Notes: generated by a model not told the origin, from the sequence alone. A stretch of 64,000 nt of DNA from an uncultured Actinomycetes bacterium (GCA_963704725.1 OY969934.1:288001-352000); one strand, 5' to 3'; positions 1 through 10,034 are shown, numbered from the stretch's first letter. Numbers and translations are program-made.

Positions 1-1778
1 ACCTGCGCCTGTTCCACTTCGCGTACCAGGGCAACGTGTACGAGGGGTGGCCGGTGTTCGTGACGACCGACGTCGCGTACCACGTCTGGCACCAGGTCTT
101 CGACAAGATGCTGCGGAGCCTCGAGCAGGAGGTGCTGCTGCCCGAGCTCGAAGACCTGGTCACCGGTCTGCTCGACGCCGCTCGCGCGCAGGCGGGGGAG
201 CTCGAGGGGACGCAGCTCGCCGACGCCGCCTCCCGCGTCGAGCAGCTCTACCAGGTCGCTGCGGCCGAGCTTGGTCTTCCCGTGACCCTCGGGCCGCTCG
301 CGGAGCAGGAGAAGGCGCTCGTCGACGAGCACTCCGCCCCGAACGAGACCTCGCCGATCGTCGGCGGGAAGGTCGACTACTCCCTGTTCACGCCCCGAGG
401 CCACTACACGCGGAACGAGGACCTCACGCGGTTCTTCCTCGGCATGTCGGTGCTCGGGCAGCTCGCGTTCTGCCTGCCCGGTACGACCGACTGCCCCGGG
501 ATCGAGCCGGCGCGGATGTCGATCCTCGCGTCTCGCGTCCTCGTGCAGGACCCGGCGCTCGTCGGGCGATGGCGGCGGATCTTCGAGCCGACGGCGTTCC
601 TCGTGGGGCTCGCCGACGACTACACGCCGTTCGAGGTCGCCGACGCTGCCGCGAGCGCCACGCCGGCCGGGCTCGACGACCCGATGGCCTTCGCGGACGA
701 TGCGGTCGTCGGCGACGTGGTGGAGAGGCTCGTCGCCACTCGCCCCGTGCGGATCAGCCCCGATCGCGCCGCGATCCGGCTGATGGGGACGCGGTTCGTG
801 ATCGACTCGTTCATCTTCGACCAGCTCATCTCGCCGAACGTCGGTACGCCCGAGGATCCCCGCACGCTTCCGTCGGCGCTCGACCTGGCGGCGGCGTTCG
901 GGTCCGAGTTGGCGCACGGCGTGCTCGAGGAGATCGGGGACACGTCGATCCCGGGCTACGAGGAGCAGCTGCAGAAGATGCAGGAGCTCCTGGCGAACCG
1001 CCCGGCGCAGGACTGGGGCGGCACGGTCTACGACGCTTGGCTCCACGCGCTCGAGCCCTCGTTCGTCGAGCACGGCACGGCCTACCCGGACTTCATGCGC
1101 ACCGACGCCTGGGCCGCCAAGGCGCAGCAGTCGGGCCTCGGCTCGTTCGCCGAGCTGAAGCACGACACGATCCTGTACGCGAAGCAGGCCGTCGGCGAGG
1201 GCGGCGACGGCGTGCCGATCCCCGACCGCCGCAACTGGGTCGAGCCCGACCCGGTCGTGTTCGGGCGCCTGGCAGCCATGGCCGACCTCGCGCGAGAGGG
1301 GCTCGAGAATCGGGATCTGCTCACGCAGGAGCAGCTCCAGCTCCTGGCGGACGCGGTCGACCTGTTCGAGTTCCTCCAGCGCATCGCGACCGACGAGCTG
1401 GCCGGCCGCCCGATCTCCGCGGCCGACGACGAGCGGCTCACCTTCCTCGGCGGCGAGCTGGAGTCGTTCTGGTTCCGGACCTCGGACCAGGCCAACACCG
1501 GCGAGCCCGAGGCCGACGAGGACGCCGCCATCGTCGCCGATGTGGCCAGCAGTGGCGACGGTGTGCTCGAGGTGGGGACCGGACGGATCGATCGGATCTA
1601 CGTGCTCGTGCCGGACGACGAAGGGAGCTTCCAGGTCGCGGTGGGAGGCGTGTACTCGTACTACGAGTTCACGTCGCCGCCGGGCGAGCGGCTCTCCGAC
1701 GAGCTCTGGCGTTCGATGCTGGAGGACGGGGACCAGCCCGAGCGACCGGCGTGGGAGCGGGTGCTGTTCGGCGGCTGA
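1..1778 (+). CDS. DUF3160 domain protein (5'-partial)
   Basis: Frame is open to the window edge. Motifs FVTTD..YH, PRGHYT, ELKHDTILYAKQ, WVEP and G.VYSYYEF are typical of DUF3160. Confidence 0.85.
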   Translation, partial: LRLFHFAYQGNVYEGWPVFVTTDVAYHVWHQVFDKMLRSLEQEVLLPELEDLVTGLLDAARAQAGELEGTQLADAASRVEQLYQVAAAELGLPVTLGPLAEQEKALVDEHSAPNETSPIVGGKVDYSLFTPRGHYTRNEDLTRFFLGMSVLGQLAFCLPGTTDCPGIEPARMSILASRVLVQDPALVGRWRRIFEPTAFLVGLADDYTPFEVADAAASATPAGLDDPMAFADDAVVGDVVERLVATRPVRISPDRAAIRLMGTRFVIDSFIFDQLISPNVGTPEDPRTLPSALDLAAAFGSELAHGVLEEIGDTSIPGYEEQLQKMQELLANRPAQDWGGTVYDAWLHALEPSFVEHGTAYPDFMRTDAWAAKAQQSGLGSFAELKHDTILYAKQAVGEGGDGVPIPDRRNWVEPDPVVFGRLAAMADLAREGLENRDLLTQEQLQLLADAVDLFEFLQRIATDELAGRPISAADDERLTFLGGELESFWFRTSDQANTGEPEADEDAAIVADVASSGDGVLEVGTGRIDRIYVLVPDDEGSFQVAVGGVYSYYEFTSPPGERLSDELWRSMLEDGDQPERPAWERVLFGG

Positions 1779-1784
1779 GTCCGG

Positions 1785-2201
1785 TCAGGCGTCCTCGCCC
1801 GTCCGGGCGCGGTGCTCCTCGCGCCGTTCGGCCATCGCGGAGCGGATCTTGGCCGCCACCTCCGGCATCTGGTCCTCCATGATGCGGAAGTCCCGGTCGT
1901 GCATGACCACGATCCGCATGTCCGACGTCGCCGTGACGGTGGCCGTGCGCCGGTGCTCGGCGAGCAGGGCGATCTCGCCGAAGAAGTCGCCGGGCCCGAG
2001 GTCGGCGAGGTGGTTCCCCTCGTGCAGCACCTCCGCGGTGCCCGACTCGATCACCATGAACTCGTGCGGGAAGGCGCCCTCCTCCATCAGTCTTCGGCCC
2101 GCAGGCACGTCGACGTCGTCCGCCCACCGGGCCACGCGCTCCACGTCGCGGCGGGGGAGCTCGCGGAACAGGGGCAGCTGGGCGAGACGATCGGCATCCA
2201 C
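1785..2201 (-). CDS. cyclic nucleotide-binding domain protein
   Basis: LGPGDFFGEIALL...RTATVTA cNMP-binding signature. Confidence 0.9.
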   Translation of the reverse strand: MDADRLAQLPLFRELPRRDVERVARWADDVDVPAGRRLMEEGAFPHEFMVIESGTAEVLHEGNHLADLGPGDFFGEIALLAEHRRTATVTATSDMRIVVMHDRDFRIMEDQMPEVAAKIRSAMAERREEHRARTGEDA

Positions 2202-2276
2202 GCGTTCGACCTCCGAGGGCGGCGACCGTCGAATCCTGCCACAGGGCGGCGAGGGCCTGCTTGCTAGACTCGCCCC

Positions 2277-2365
2277 GGAGGCGTGCCGGAGCGGACGAAC
2301 GGGACCGCCTCGAAAGCGGTTAGGGGCTTTGCGGCCCCTCGCGTGTTCGAATCACGCCGCCTCCG
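2277..2365 (+). tRNA. tRNA-Ser (CGA)
   Basis: Acceptor GGAGGCG/CGCCTCC, anticodon arm ACCGC-CT-CGA-AA-GCGGT, long variable arm, T-arm GCGTG-TTCGAAT-CACGC, G discriminator, no encoded CCA. TAGACT -10 at 2265-2270. Confidence 0.95.
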
Positions 2366-2426
2366 CGAACGGACGGCCGCCCCGATGCTGGGGCGGCCAT
2401 CCGGCGATCTGCTGGTGGGGGGATGG

Positions 2427-3026
2427 ATGGTCGACGCAAGCACGCCGCCGACGGGCATGTTGGAGGGGCGACGCGTCCTTCTTCGGCCGGTCCGTGAGGG
2501 CGACCTCGAACGCCTCTACGACGCACACATCGCCGTCCGTGCCCGCGGCAGCTACTTCCCGCTCGGCGTGATGTCCGAGTCGGCGTTCCGTCGCGAGTTC
2601 GCGGAGAACGGCTTCTGGCAGAAGACCGAGGGGATGCTGGTCATCTTGACCCCGCAGGGGGAGATCGCCGGTCATATCGAGTTCTTCCGGCCGGTCTCGT
2701 ACTGGGACGCGTTCGAGCTCTCGTACCAGCTGTACGACGATCGCCACGCCGGCAAGGGATACATCACCGAGGCGGTTCAGCTGCTCGTCGACTATCTGTT
2801 CTGGGCCAAGAAGGAGCATCGGATCCACCTCGTCATCGTCCCGGAGAACGCCGCCTCTCTACGGATCGCCGAGAAGTGTGGGTTCACCCTGGAGGGGACC
2901 GTGCGCGGCGCGTTCTTCAACGAGGGTCGGAACCAGGACGTCCTGCTCTACTCGCTGCTTCGAACCGATCCCAGGCCGTGGCGCGGGTCGCGAGGGACGA
3001 GCGGAGCAGCGTCGGCCCTCCCGTAG
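2427..3026 (+). CDS. GNAT N-acetyltransferase, RimJ/RimL-like
   Basis: RVLLRPV...GKGYITEA...PENAASLRIAEKCGFTLEG. Start moved downstream of the tRNA (ATG 2427 or 2457). Confidence 0.85.
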   Translation: MVDASTPPTGMLEGRRVLLRPVREGDLERLYDAHIAVRARGSYFPLGVMSESAFRREFAENGFWQKTEGMLVILTPQGEIAGHIEFFRPVSYWDAFELSYQLYDDRHAGKGYITEAVQLLVDYLFWAKKEHRIHLVIVPENAASLRIAEKCGFTLEGTVRGAFFNEGRNQDVLLYSLLRTDPRPWRGSRGTSGAASALP

Positions 3027-3036
3027 ACTTGGTCGC

Positions 3037-3123
3037 GGAGGCCTGCCCGAGCGGACGAAGGGGCACGCCTGGAGAGCGTGTAGGGGGGCAACCCTCTCGC
3101 GGGTTCGAATCCCGCGGCCTCCG
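3037..3123 (+). tRNA. tRNA-Ser (GGA)
   Basis: Acceptor GGAGGCC/GGCCTCC, anticodon arm CACGC-CT-GGA-GA-GCGTG, long variable arm, GGTTCGAATCC T-loop. TAGACT -10 at 3024-3029. Confidence 0.95.
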
Positions 3124-3252
3124 CCGAAGGTGCCCGCGGCGCCCAATGGTCACACGCTACCGTTTCTGCGCACTCCGCAATACCGTTCCTCCGCAGCCTT
3201 GGGTACCATCCTCGCTCAGGCGGACGACCTCGGGATGGCCAACCCCGGGGAG

Positions 3253-4170
3253 CTACGCGAGGGCCTTGGTGTAGCGCGTGTAGGACCGACGGACGGACAT
3301 CCCCACGCGCTCGTACAGGCCGAGCGCACCGGTCCGCGAGTCGGTGGACAGCCCGCAACGCGCCTTGCCGCTCGCGAAGAAGCCCCGGAACGCGGCGTGG
3401 AGCAGGGCCCGGGCGATGCCCCGGTGGCGGTGCGTCGCCCTCGTCGCGAGCTGGTGGATCCATCCCTCGTCGGAGCCCGCGTAGTCGAAGGACATCGCGA
3501 CTCCGACCAGCTCGTCGCCGTCGAACGCGAGGGGCGACAACGCCGGCGAGAACGCGTTGTGCCGGATCACATACGGTGCCCACTCCTCGAAGGGGATCGG
3601 ATCGCGCCCCTCCCACTCGCCGAAGGCATCGTCGATCAGCCGATGGACGGCCGGTGCGTCGCGAGCGGGCTCGTATGGGCGGATCGCGATGCCCTCGGGG
3701 GGAGCCGGCGCCGGAGGTGGCCCATGGAACGCGATCTCCAGGATCCATGCGGTGCGGGTCGGCTCGTAGCCGTTCGCCACGAACAGCGCGGCTCCGGCCG
3801 CGTTCGCGTCGGCGATGGTCTGGCTGACCTTGACCTCGCCGTGCGCCCGCGCTCGCCCCTCGGTCCACGCAAGGATCGCCGCGCCGATGCCCCGTCCGCG
3901 GTGCGACGGCCGCACGTCCGCCTCCGCGCGGTTCTGGTAGACGTCCGCCCACGCCACCGGCGTCATCCCTTCGTAGATGAGGATGCAGTCCGCCGCGATG
4001 TCGAACCCGTTGCGGTCGAACCCCATCAGGACGTCGTCGCGCTCGACCTCGGCCACGCCGTCGAGGTCGAGCTCGGCCGCCGCGATGAGCTCGAGGATCG
4101 GATCGACGTCGTCGGTCGTCGCGGGACGCATCGTGAGTCCTTTCGGGAGCTCGATCACGGTGTCGGCCAT
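3253..4170 (-). CDS. tandem GNAT acetyltransferase
   Basis: Two acetyl-CoA motifs (HRGRGIG; HRHRGIARALL) and ALGLYERVGM. Confidence 0.85.
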   Translation of the reverse strand: MADTVIELPKGLTMRPATTDDVDPILELIAAAELDLDGVAEVERDDVLMGFDRNGFDIAADCILIYEGMTPVAWADVYQNRAEADVRPSHRGRGIGAAILAWTEGRARAHGEVKVSQTIADANAAGAALFVANGYEPTRTAWILEIAFHGPPPAPAPPEGIAIRPYEPARDAPAVHRLIDDAFGEWEGRDPIPFEEWAPYVIRHNAFSPALSPLAFDGDELVGVAMSFDYAGSDEGWIHQLATRATHRHRGIARALLHAAFRGFFASGKARCGLSTDSRTGALGLYERVGMSVRRSYTRYTKALA

Positions 4171-4843
4171 CCCGGGCAAGGCCCGCGCTCCACTGGCCCG
4201 GGTGTCGCCCCAAGCTCCCGGAGCCGGTCTCGCACGTCGTCGAACGTCTCCCACGGCAGGAAGGGCACGCCGTCCGCAGAGGCGATCTCCACCAGACGGT
4301 CCTTGGCGAACACGACGTCCGCGTACCGGGCCCCCAGCCGGTCCGACGAACCCTCGCCGACGAACGCGACGTGCCGCGATCTCGGGCCTCGACCACCGCC
4401 CGGACCTTGCAGGTGCCGCAGAACCGGCATCCTTGGTGACCATCCTCGAACCGAAGCGCTTCGGATCCACCCACCCACGTGTTGCTGATGATCCGAACGC
4501 CGTCGAGGCCGGCGGCGCGGAGGATTGGCTCGATGTAGAAGCCGAATCCGTCGGAGACGATCGTCACGTCGACCCCGGCGTCGCGCAGCCACCGCACGAA
4601 CGGCGGGAACGTCGGATCGATCGGGCAGTGCGCCAGCGCGAACGAGACCAGCCGTTCGAGCGGTGCTCCGAGCATCGCCGCCTGCGCATTCAGGCACGCG
4701 CGGGCACTGATCGATCCTCGGGCCTCGGCCTCGTCGTACTCGACCCAGGTGGGGTCGCCGAACTCGATCAGGAGGTGCTCGGCGACGTCGTGCAGGCACG
4801 CCGTGCCGTCGAAGTCCACCAGGACCGAGCCGACCGGGAACAC
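4155..4843 (-). CDS. HAD-IB phosphatase, MtnX-like (frameshift at ~4372)
   Basis: DFDGT motif I, IVSDGF and CxxCGTCK. The C-terminus VAFVGEGSSDRLGARYADVVFAK lies in another frame. Confidence 0.8.
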
Positions 4844-4882
4844 GGGGCGACCAGGCTACCGACTGCCGCTACGCTGCGAGCC

Positions 4883-5683
4883 GTGTCTCGCGAGGTCGCC
4901 GATCGGATCGCCGGCGGGATGGTCGCGGCGTGGCGGAACCGGGTCGGCCACCTCGAGGCGCACCTGCTCCGCACCGACGACGGCGTCGTCACCTGCCTTT
5001 CGAACCTGCCGGACGAGGAGTTGAACGTCGCGTTGATCGAGCGGGCCCCGGAGGACGCGCTCGGGGCGCTGTCACGTTCGGAGTGGCTGTTCAAGGCGCA
5101 CGGCCATGCGTTCGGCGTCGAGGTCGAGGAGGCTCGCCATCCCAGCGTCGACCGGGCCGTGCGCACGCTCGGGCTCACGGTGGGGATCGCCCGCCCGGCG
5201 ATGGCGATCCGCGTCGCCGACCTCCCGGAGCCCGTGCTCCCCACAGGCGTCGAGATCCACAGCGTGACCGAGACGGGCGAGCTGCCGGCGATGGCCGACC
5301 TCGAGGTGCGTGTGTTCGGCACCCGGCGCGAGGTCGCAGAGCGGCTCCTCGGCGCCGGCATGCTCCGGGTGGCCGGCGTCCGCTTGTCGCTGGCGACGCT
5401 CGACGGCGCGTCGGCGGGGTTCGCCTGGACGAGCAGCCACGAGGGCGCGGTCGGCGTCTTCGGCGTCGGCACGGTGCCCGAGCTTCGGCGCCGGGGTCTC
5501 GGCACCGCCGTGACCTCGTTCGCGATCCACGACGCGCCGGGCGTCGACCTCGCCTGGCTCCAGCCGACGAGCATGGGACGGCCGCTCTACGCGTCGATGG
5601 GCTTCGAGGCCGTCGCCGAGTGGCGGGTCTGGGTGCGCCCCGGCCCGCGACCGGGGCCGACCGCGGAGCGCGAGGGGCTGTGA
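4883..5683 (+). CDS. GNAT acetyltransferase
   Basis: VGTVPELRRRGLG...GRPLYASMGF. Leaderless GTG after TACGCT. Confidence 0.8.
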   Translation: MSREVADRIAGGMVAAWRNRVGHLEAHLLRTDDGVVTCLSNLPDEELNVALIERAPEDALGALSRSEWLFKAHGHAFGVEVEEARHPSVDRAVRTLGLTVGIARPAMAIRVADLPEPVLPTGVEIHSVTETGELPAMADLEVRVFGTRREVAERLLGAGMLRVAGVRLSLATLDGASAGFAWTSSHEGAVGVFGVGTVPELRRRGLGTAVTSFAIHDAPGVDLAWLQPTSMGRPLYASMGFEAVAEWRVWVRPGPRPGPTAEREGL

Positions 5684-5794
5684 TCCGGCCGATCGGGCGA
5701 CGGCCGTCTCGGGGGCAGGGCGCGGGCACAACGTCCGAATCGAGCGGGACCCGCGTTCCAGACTCCCTCCGGAGACGACCTGGAGAATGCACTC

Positions 5795-6613
5795 ATGAGG
5801 GCCGGTCGATGGATCGCTGCCATGGTCGTCTCACTCCCGCTGTTCACGGCCTGCGGCGGTGGCGGGTCCGCCGTGCCGGGGAGCACGATCCGCAATGCGG
5901 CCGAGGCTACGCTGGCGACCGGTTCTGCCGCATTCGAACAGCATGTGTCGTTCGAGGGCTCGGACCAGATACCAGACAGTACGCGGTTCGGGAGCTCCGG
6001 GACTTCGACGTTCGGCGATCTCGACGAGAAGCAGATGCACCTCATCGTCGAGGTGCCGGGAATGGTGGGGTCGATCGAGGTGGTGGTCAGCGGGTCGAGC
6101 GCGTACCTGCGCGGCGCCCCATTCGCCGAGCTCACCGGCACGCCCGACACGTGGCTCTCCTTGGACCTCGAGTCCTCAGGAGAGCTGGTCAACGAGCTGG
6201 AGGGGTTGACGTCGGGGAGGAACGATGCCGCCCTGCTGCTCTACTACCTGTTCGGCGGCGACGATGAGGCGGAGATCATCGGCCACGACTCGATCGACGG
6301 AGTCGAGGTCACGGGATATGCCACCTCCCTGAGCCTTGGGCTCGCCGTGGAGGAGACGCCGTACGGGGCACGCGACGCCATGCGGACGAACCTGTCGGAG
6401 ATCATGGCTCAGGACACGAGTACGACGCTCGGGGCCGAGGTCTGGATCGACGGCGATGGGCTGATCCGGCGGATGGTCTACGTGTACGACGTCGGGCGAG
6501 AAGCCGGTGGCGGTGAGATGCGCCTCGTCAGCGAGCTCTCCGAGTTCGGCGAGCACGCCACGGTAGAGGCTCCCCCTTCCGGCGAGATCGTGACGTTGGG
6601 CGGCAGCGCTTAG
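5795..6613 (+). CDS. lipoprotein, LppX/LprAFG-like
   Basis: Lipobox-like LFTAC. VWIDGDGLIRRM...FGEHATVEAP C-terminus. Confidence 0.7.
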   Translation: MRAGRWIAAMVVSLPLFTACGGGGSAVPGSTIRNAAEATLATGSAAFEQHVSFEGSDQIPDSTRFGSSGTSTFGDLDEKQMHLIVEVPGMVGSIEVVVSGSSAYLRGAPFAELTGTPDTWLSLDLESSGELVNELEGLTSGRNDAALLLYYLFGGDDEAEIIGHDSIDGVEVTGYATSLSLGLAVEETPYGARDAMRTNLSEIMAQDTSTTLGAEVWIDGDGLIRRMVYVYDVGREAGGGEMRLVSELSEFGEHATVEAPPSGEIVTLGGSA

Positions 6614-6661
6614 CCCGCCCGAGATGGGCTCGTCCGGGGCCCCGCGTATACTCGTCGCGGT

Positions 6662-6931
6662 GGCCGTGCTAGGCGGGGAGCTAGCGGTGCCCTGTACCCG
6701 CAATCCGCTTCAGCGGGGCTGAATCCCCGCCCGAGGCCCGTCGGGTCCGATGTCGCTCCCGGCACGGAGCGTCGATGGTCGGGTCCCGCGCGACGCCAAC
6801 CTCTGAACCCGGTCAGGTCCGGAAGGAAGCAGCCGTAAGGAGGCGCTGGCGGGTGCCGCGGGCGTGCCTGGCCGGAGCTACCGGCCGGTGATGCGCTCGA
6901 GTCCGGCGTGGTCGACGGCGGGTGCGCGGCC
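6662..6931 (+). ncRNA. ffs: signal recognition particle RNA, large (Alu-domain) bacterial type
   Basis: Helix-8 motif GGTCAGGTCCGGAAGGAAGCAGCC, 5' Alu-like GGGGAGCTAGCGGTGCCCTGTACCCGCAATCCGC, and paired ends GGCCGTGC/GCGCGGCC. TATACT -10 at 6647-6652; lies upstream of dnaX. Confidence 0.92.
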
Positions 6932-6974
6932 GCCACTACCTTCCCGTACGCTTCGTCGGAACCTGGGGGAGAGC

Positions 6975-8798
6975 GTGGCCGAGGAGAAGCCGTACCAGTC
7001 CCTGTACCGGAAGTACCGGCCGCAGGGCCCGAACGAGGTCCTCGGCCAGGACCACGTCACGAGGGCCCTGATGGGCGCGGTCCGCGAAGGACGCCTGGCG
7101 CACGCCTTCCTGTTCTGCGGGCCGCGAGGCACGGGCAAGACCTCCACCGCCCGGATCCTGGCCAAGATGGTCAACTGCGAGCAGGGCCCCACCCCCGAAC
7201 CTTGCGGCGTCTGCGACCAGTGCCTGCGGATCCGGGAGGGACAGCATCTCGACGTCGTCGAGATCGACGCGGCGAGCCACGGCGGCGTCGACGACGCCCG
7301 CGATCTCCGCGAGAAGGCGCCGACGGCGCCGGTCCAGGGCCGCGAGAAGGTCTACATCATCGACGAGGCCCAGCGCCTGTCGCGCGAGGCGTTCGACGCG
7401 CTGCTCAAGGTGTTCGAGGAGCCGCCGCCCGGCGTGCGGTTCGTGCTCGCCACCACGGAGCCCCACAAGATGCCCGCCACGATCGTCGGCCGGTGCCAGC
7501 GTTTCGACTTCCGCCGCGGCTCGATGGACGTGCTAACCGACCACCTCCTCCACGTCGCCAAAGACGAGAACGTCGCGCTCACCAAGGAAGCGGCACAGTC
7601 GATGGCCCGCCAGTCCGAGGGATCGTTCCGCGACTCGCTCTCGCTCCTCGACCAGGCCTCCGTGCTCGGCGGCGGGACGATCGACGAGGACGTCGTCGCC
7701 TCGCTCATCGGCACGGGTCGCCAGGACGTCCAGTACGCGCTCGCCGACGCGGTCGCCGTCGGCGACGCCAAAGGTGTGTTCGAGCTGGTCAGCCAGCTCG
7801 TCCACGAGGGCCAGGACATGCGCTTCGTGACCAACGAGGTCCTGGCGCACTTCCGCAACCTCCTCGTCGTCAAGACCGCCCCCGCCCAACCCGACCTCCT
7901 CGACATCACCGAGGACGAGGGCGAGAAACTCACCACCCAGGCCACCAAGTACTCGGCCCCCGAGCTCGCCCGCGTGATCTCCCTCCTCCTCGCCGCCCAG
8001 ACCGACATGCGCTGGACGACCTCCCCCCGCCTCTCCCTCGAGCTCGCCCTCGTCCGCTCCACCATCCCCGAAGCCGACGAGCGCCCGGAGGCCCTCGTCT
8101 CCCGCATCGAGCGCCTCGAGCGCATCGCCGGCTTGTCCGGTTCGGCGTCCGGCTCCGGGGTGCCGGCGCCAGGCTCCGGTTCCGCGGCGCCATTACCCTC
8201 GACGGATGCTCCGACGCCGGTGAGCGCCGCTCCACAGTCGCCCTCTGCCGACCCCCCTCCGCCGAAGCAAGCGCAGACCGCGGCCGGGGTCCGGGCGGAA
8301 GGCGACTCTGCGCCGCCGGCCGGAGAACCGACCGTGAAGCGATCACCGGCCGTGGATGCCGGCGGCGCTGTGGAGCCTGGAGCTCGGACCCCGGCCGCGA
8401 CCACGCCCGTGCTCGGGGCGGGAACGTCGGCGGTGGACGTCTCGATGCTGAGGTCGAACTGGCGGTCGGTGATCCAGCACCTGCAGACGGAGGGGAAGAA
8501 GGTGATCCCCTCGTTCCTGGAGGTGGGGACGCCGGCGGCGTTCGACGGGACGACGCTCGAGATCGTGTTCCCCCCGGATCGGAAGCTGGCGTGCTCGAAG
8601 GTGAAGGAGCGGGAGGGCGAGCTGCGGGACGCGCTGCACCAGCTCTTCGGGATCGCGCCGGCGATCGAGTGCGTGATGCGGGATCCGGTGGCGGGGATGG
8701 CGGACGTCGAGGACGACCCGCCGCTGTCGGAGGAGGAGGCGCTCGCCCGGTTGACGGCCGAGCTGGGGGCGACGCCGGCGACCGAGGACGGGGCGTAG
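6975..8798 (+). CDS. dnaX: DNA polymerase III subunit gamma/tau
   Basis: LYRKYRP, GPRGTGKTS, zinc CxxC cluster, EIDAASHGGVDD, IIDEA, Pro/Ala linker. Confidence 0.97.
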   Translation: MAEEKPYQSLYRKYRPQGPNEVLGQDHVTRALMGAVREGRLAHAFLFCGPRGTGKTSTARILAKMVNCEQGPTPEPCGVCDQCLRIREGQHLDVVEIDAASHGGVDDARDLREKAPTAPVQGREKVYIIDEAQRLSREAFDALLKVFEEPPPGVRFVLATTEPHKMPATIVGRCQRFDFRRGSMDVLTDHLLHVAKDENVALTKEAAQSMARQSEGSFRDSLSLLDQASVLGGGTIDEDVVASLIGTGRQDVQYALADAVAVGDAKGVFELVSQLVHEGQDMRFVTNEVLAHFRNLLVVKTAPAQPDLLDITEDEGEKLTTQATKYSAPELARVISLLLAAQTDMRWTTSPRLSLELALVRSTIPEADERPEALVSRIERLERIAGLSGSASGSGVPAPGSGSAAPLPSTDAPTPVSAAPQSPSADPPPPKQAQTAAGVRAEGDSAPPAGEPTVKRSPAVDAGGAVEPGARTPAATTPVLGAGTSAVDVSMLRSNWRSVIQHLQTEGKKVIPSFLEVGTPAAFDGTTLEIVFPPDRKLACSKVKEREGELRDALHQLFGIAPAIECVMRDPVAGMADVEDDPPLSEEEALARLTAELGATPATEDGA

Positions 8799-9392
8799 GT
8801 GTACGAGGGGCCGATCCAGGAGCTGGTCGACGAGCTCTCCCGGCTGCCGGGGATCGGGCCGAAGTCGGCGCAGCGGCTGGCGTTCTACCTGGTCAAGAGC
8901 GACGCGGTGGACGCCAAGCGGTTGGCCGAGGCGATCGTGCACGCGAAGGAACGCATCTCGTTCTGTCAGGAGTGCGGCAACGTCGCCGAGGGCGACCTCT
9001 GCCGGATCTGCCGGGACGAAGGCCGCGAGCGGACCACGCTCTGCGTCGTCGAGGAGCCCAAGGACGTCTCGACGATCGAGAAGGCCGGCGTGATCAAGGG
9101 GCGGTACCACGTGCTGGGCGGGGCGATCAGCCCGCTCGACGGGATCGGCCCCGAGGACCTGCGGACGCAGGAGCTCCTCGAGCGGGTTCAGCGCGACGGC
9201 GTCACCGAGGTGATCATCGCCACGAACCCCAACCTCGAAGGGAACGCCACCGCGATGTACGTGGCCGCCTTGCTGAAGCCGGCCGGCGTTCGGGTGACGA
9301 GACTCGCGAGCGGCCTTCCGGTAGGCGGCGATCTCGAGTACGCGGACGAGGTGACGCTCTCGCAAGCGCTCGAGGGCCGTCGCGAGATGTGA
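8799..9392 (+). CDS. recR: recombination mediator RecR
   Basis: [15 protein letters not shown]4 zinc finger, Toprim domain, [12 protein letters not shown]. Confidence 0.98.
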   Translation: MYEGPIQELVDELSRLPGIGPKSAQRLAFYLVKSDAVDAKRLAEAIVHAKERISFCQECGNVAEGDLCRICRDEGRERTTLCVVEEPKDVSTIEKAGVIKGRYHVLGGAISPLDGIGPEDLRTQELLERVQRDGVTEVIIATNPNLEGNATAMYVAALLKPAGVRVTRLASGLPVGGDLEYADEVTLSQALEGRREM

Positions 9393-9417
9393 CCGGTCCG
9401 CGCCGCGGCGACCCGTC

Positions 9418-9810
9418 TCACCAGAGCGTCAGCGGGCGCGGATGCCGGTGCGTCCGGAGCTTGCGGTCCTTGGTGACGAGCCGACATCCGTGCTCGATCG
9501 CCGTCGCGTAGATCAAGCGGTCGGCGGGGTCGCCCGGGAACGAGGACGGCAAGGACACCGCGGTGGCCGCGATCGCGGGGGTCAGCGGAAGGGTCCGCAC
9601 CTGGGCGGCGAGCTGCTCGAGCCACGAGCGGACAGGGATGGTCACGGTGATCCGCTCGTGTTCGGCGAGCCACGCGAGCTCGAACCACGAGATGGCGGCG
9701 ACGGCGAGCTCGTCGGCTCCCCGCAAGGCCGCTGTCGCGGGTCGGCTCACCCGGTGTGCTTCCGCCGACCACCAGTGGAGGATGTGGCTGTCGAGCACCA
9801 GCATGGTCAC
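9418..9810 (-). CDS. vapC: PIN-domain toxin VapC
   Basis: LVLDSHILHWW...SWFE...GDPADRLIYATA...LVTKD. GTGA overlap with the antitoxin stop. Confidence 0.9.
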   Translation of the reverse strand: MTMLVLDSHILHWWSAEAHRVSRPATAALRGADELAVAAISWFELAWLAEHERITVTIPVRSWLEQLAAQVRTLPLTPAIAATAVSLPSSFPGDPADRLIYATAIEHGCRLVTKDRKLRTHRHPRPLTLW

Positions 9811-10034
9811 GGGAGGTTCCACGACGCGTCCGTCGTGAACAGCTTCTCGTCCCGGCCTGCGGTCATCGCGATCCCGGTCAGACTCCCTTCGAGCGCCCGG
9901 GAGCCGCCGGCCGGAACGAGACGGGCCACGGTCCGGCCGTACTTGGTGATCTCGATCTCATCACCGGCGGCGACCTCGTCGAGCAGGGCGAGGATCTTGG
10001 CCTTCGCTTCGGTGGCGGTCAGTTTCTTGGACAT
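9807..10034 (-). CDS. Phd/YefM antitoxin
   Basis: TATEAKAKILALLDEVAAGDEIEITKYGRTVARLVP. Confidence 0.9.
   Translation of the reverse strand: MSKKLTATEAKAKILALLDEVAAGDEIEITKYGRTVARLVPAGGSRALEGSLTGIAMTAGRDEKLFTTDASWNLP

Noticed and set aside
2283-2426. N-terminal extension of the GNAT ORF
   Set aside because: It overlaps the tRNA; the real start is downstream.
2277-3123. Long-variable-arm tRNAs as possible tRNA-Sec or suppressor tRNAs
   Set aside because: Anticodons are CGA and GGA with 7-bp acceptor stems, so these are ordinary tRNA-Ser.
2340-3250. tRNA-anchored genomic island
   Set aside because: I saw no duplicated tRNA 3' end and no integrase in the window.
6975-8798. Programmed frameshift in dnaX
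   Set aside because: No A-AAA-AAG or poly-A slippery run was seen.
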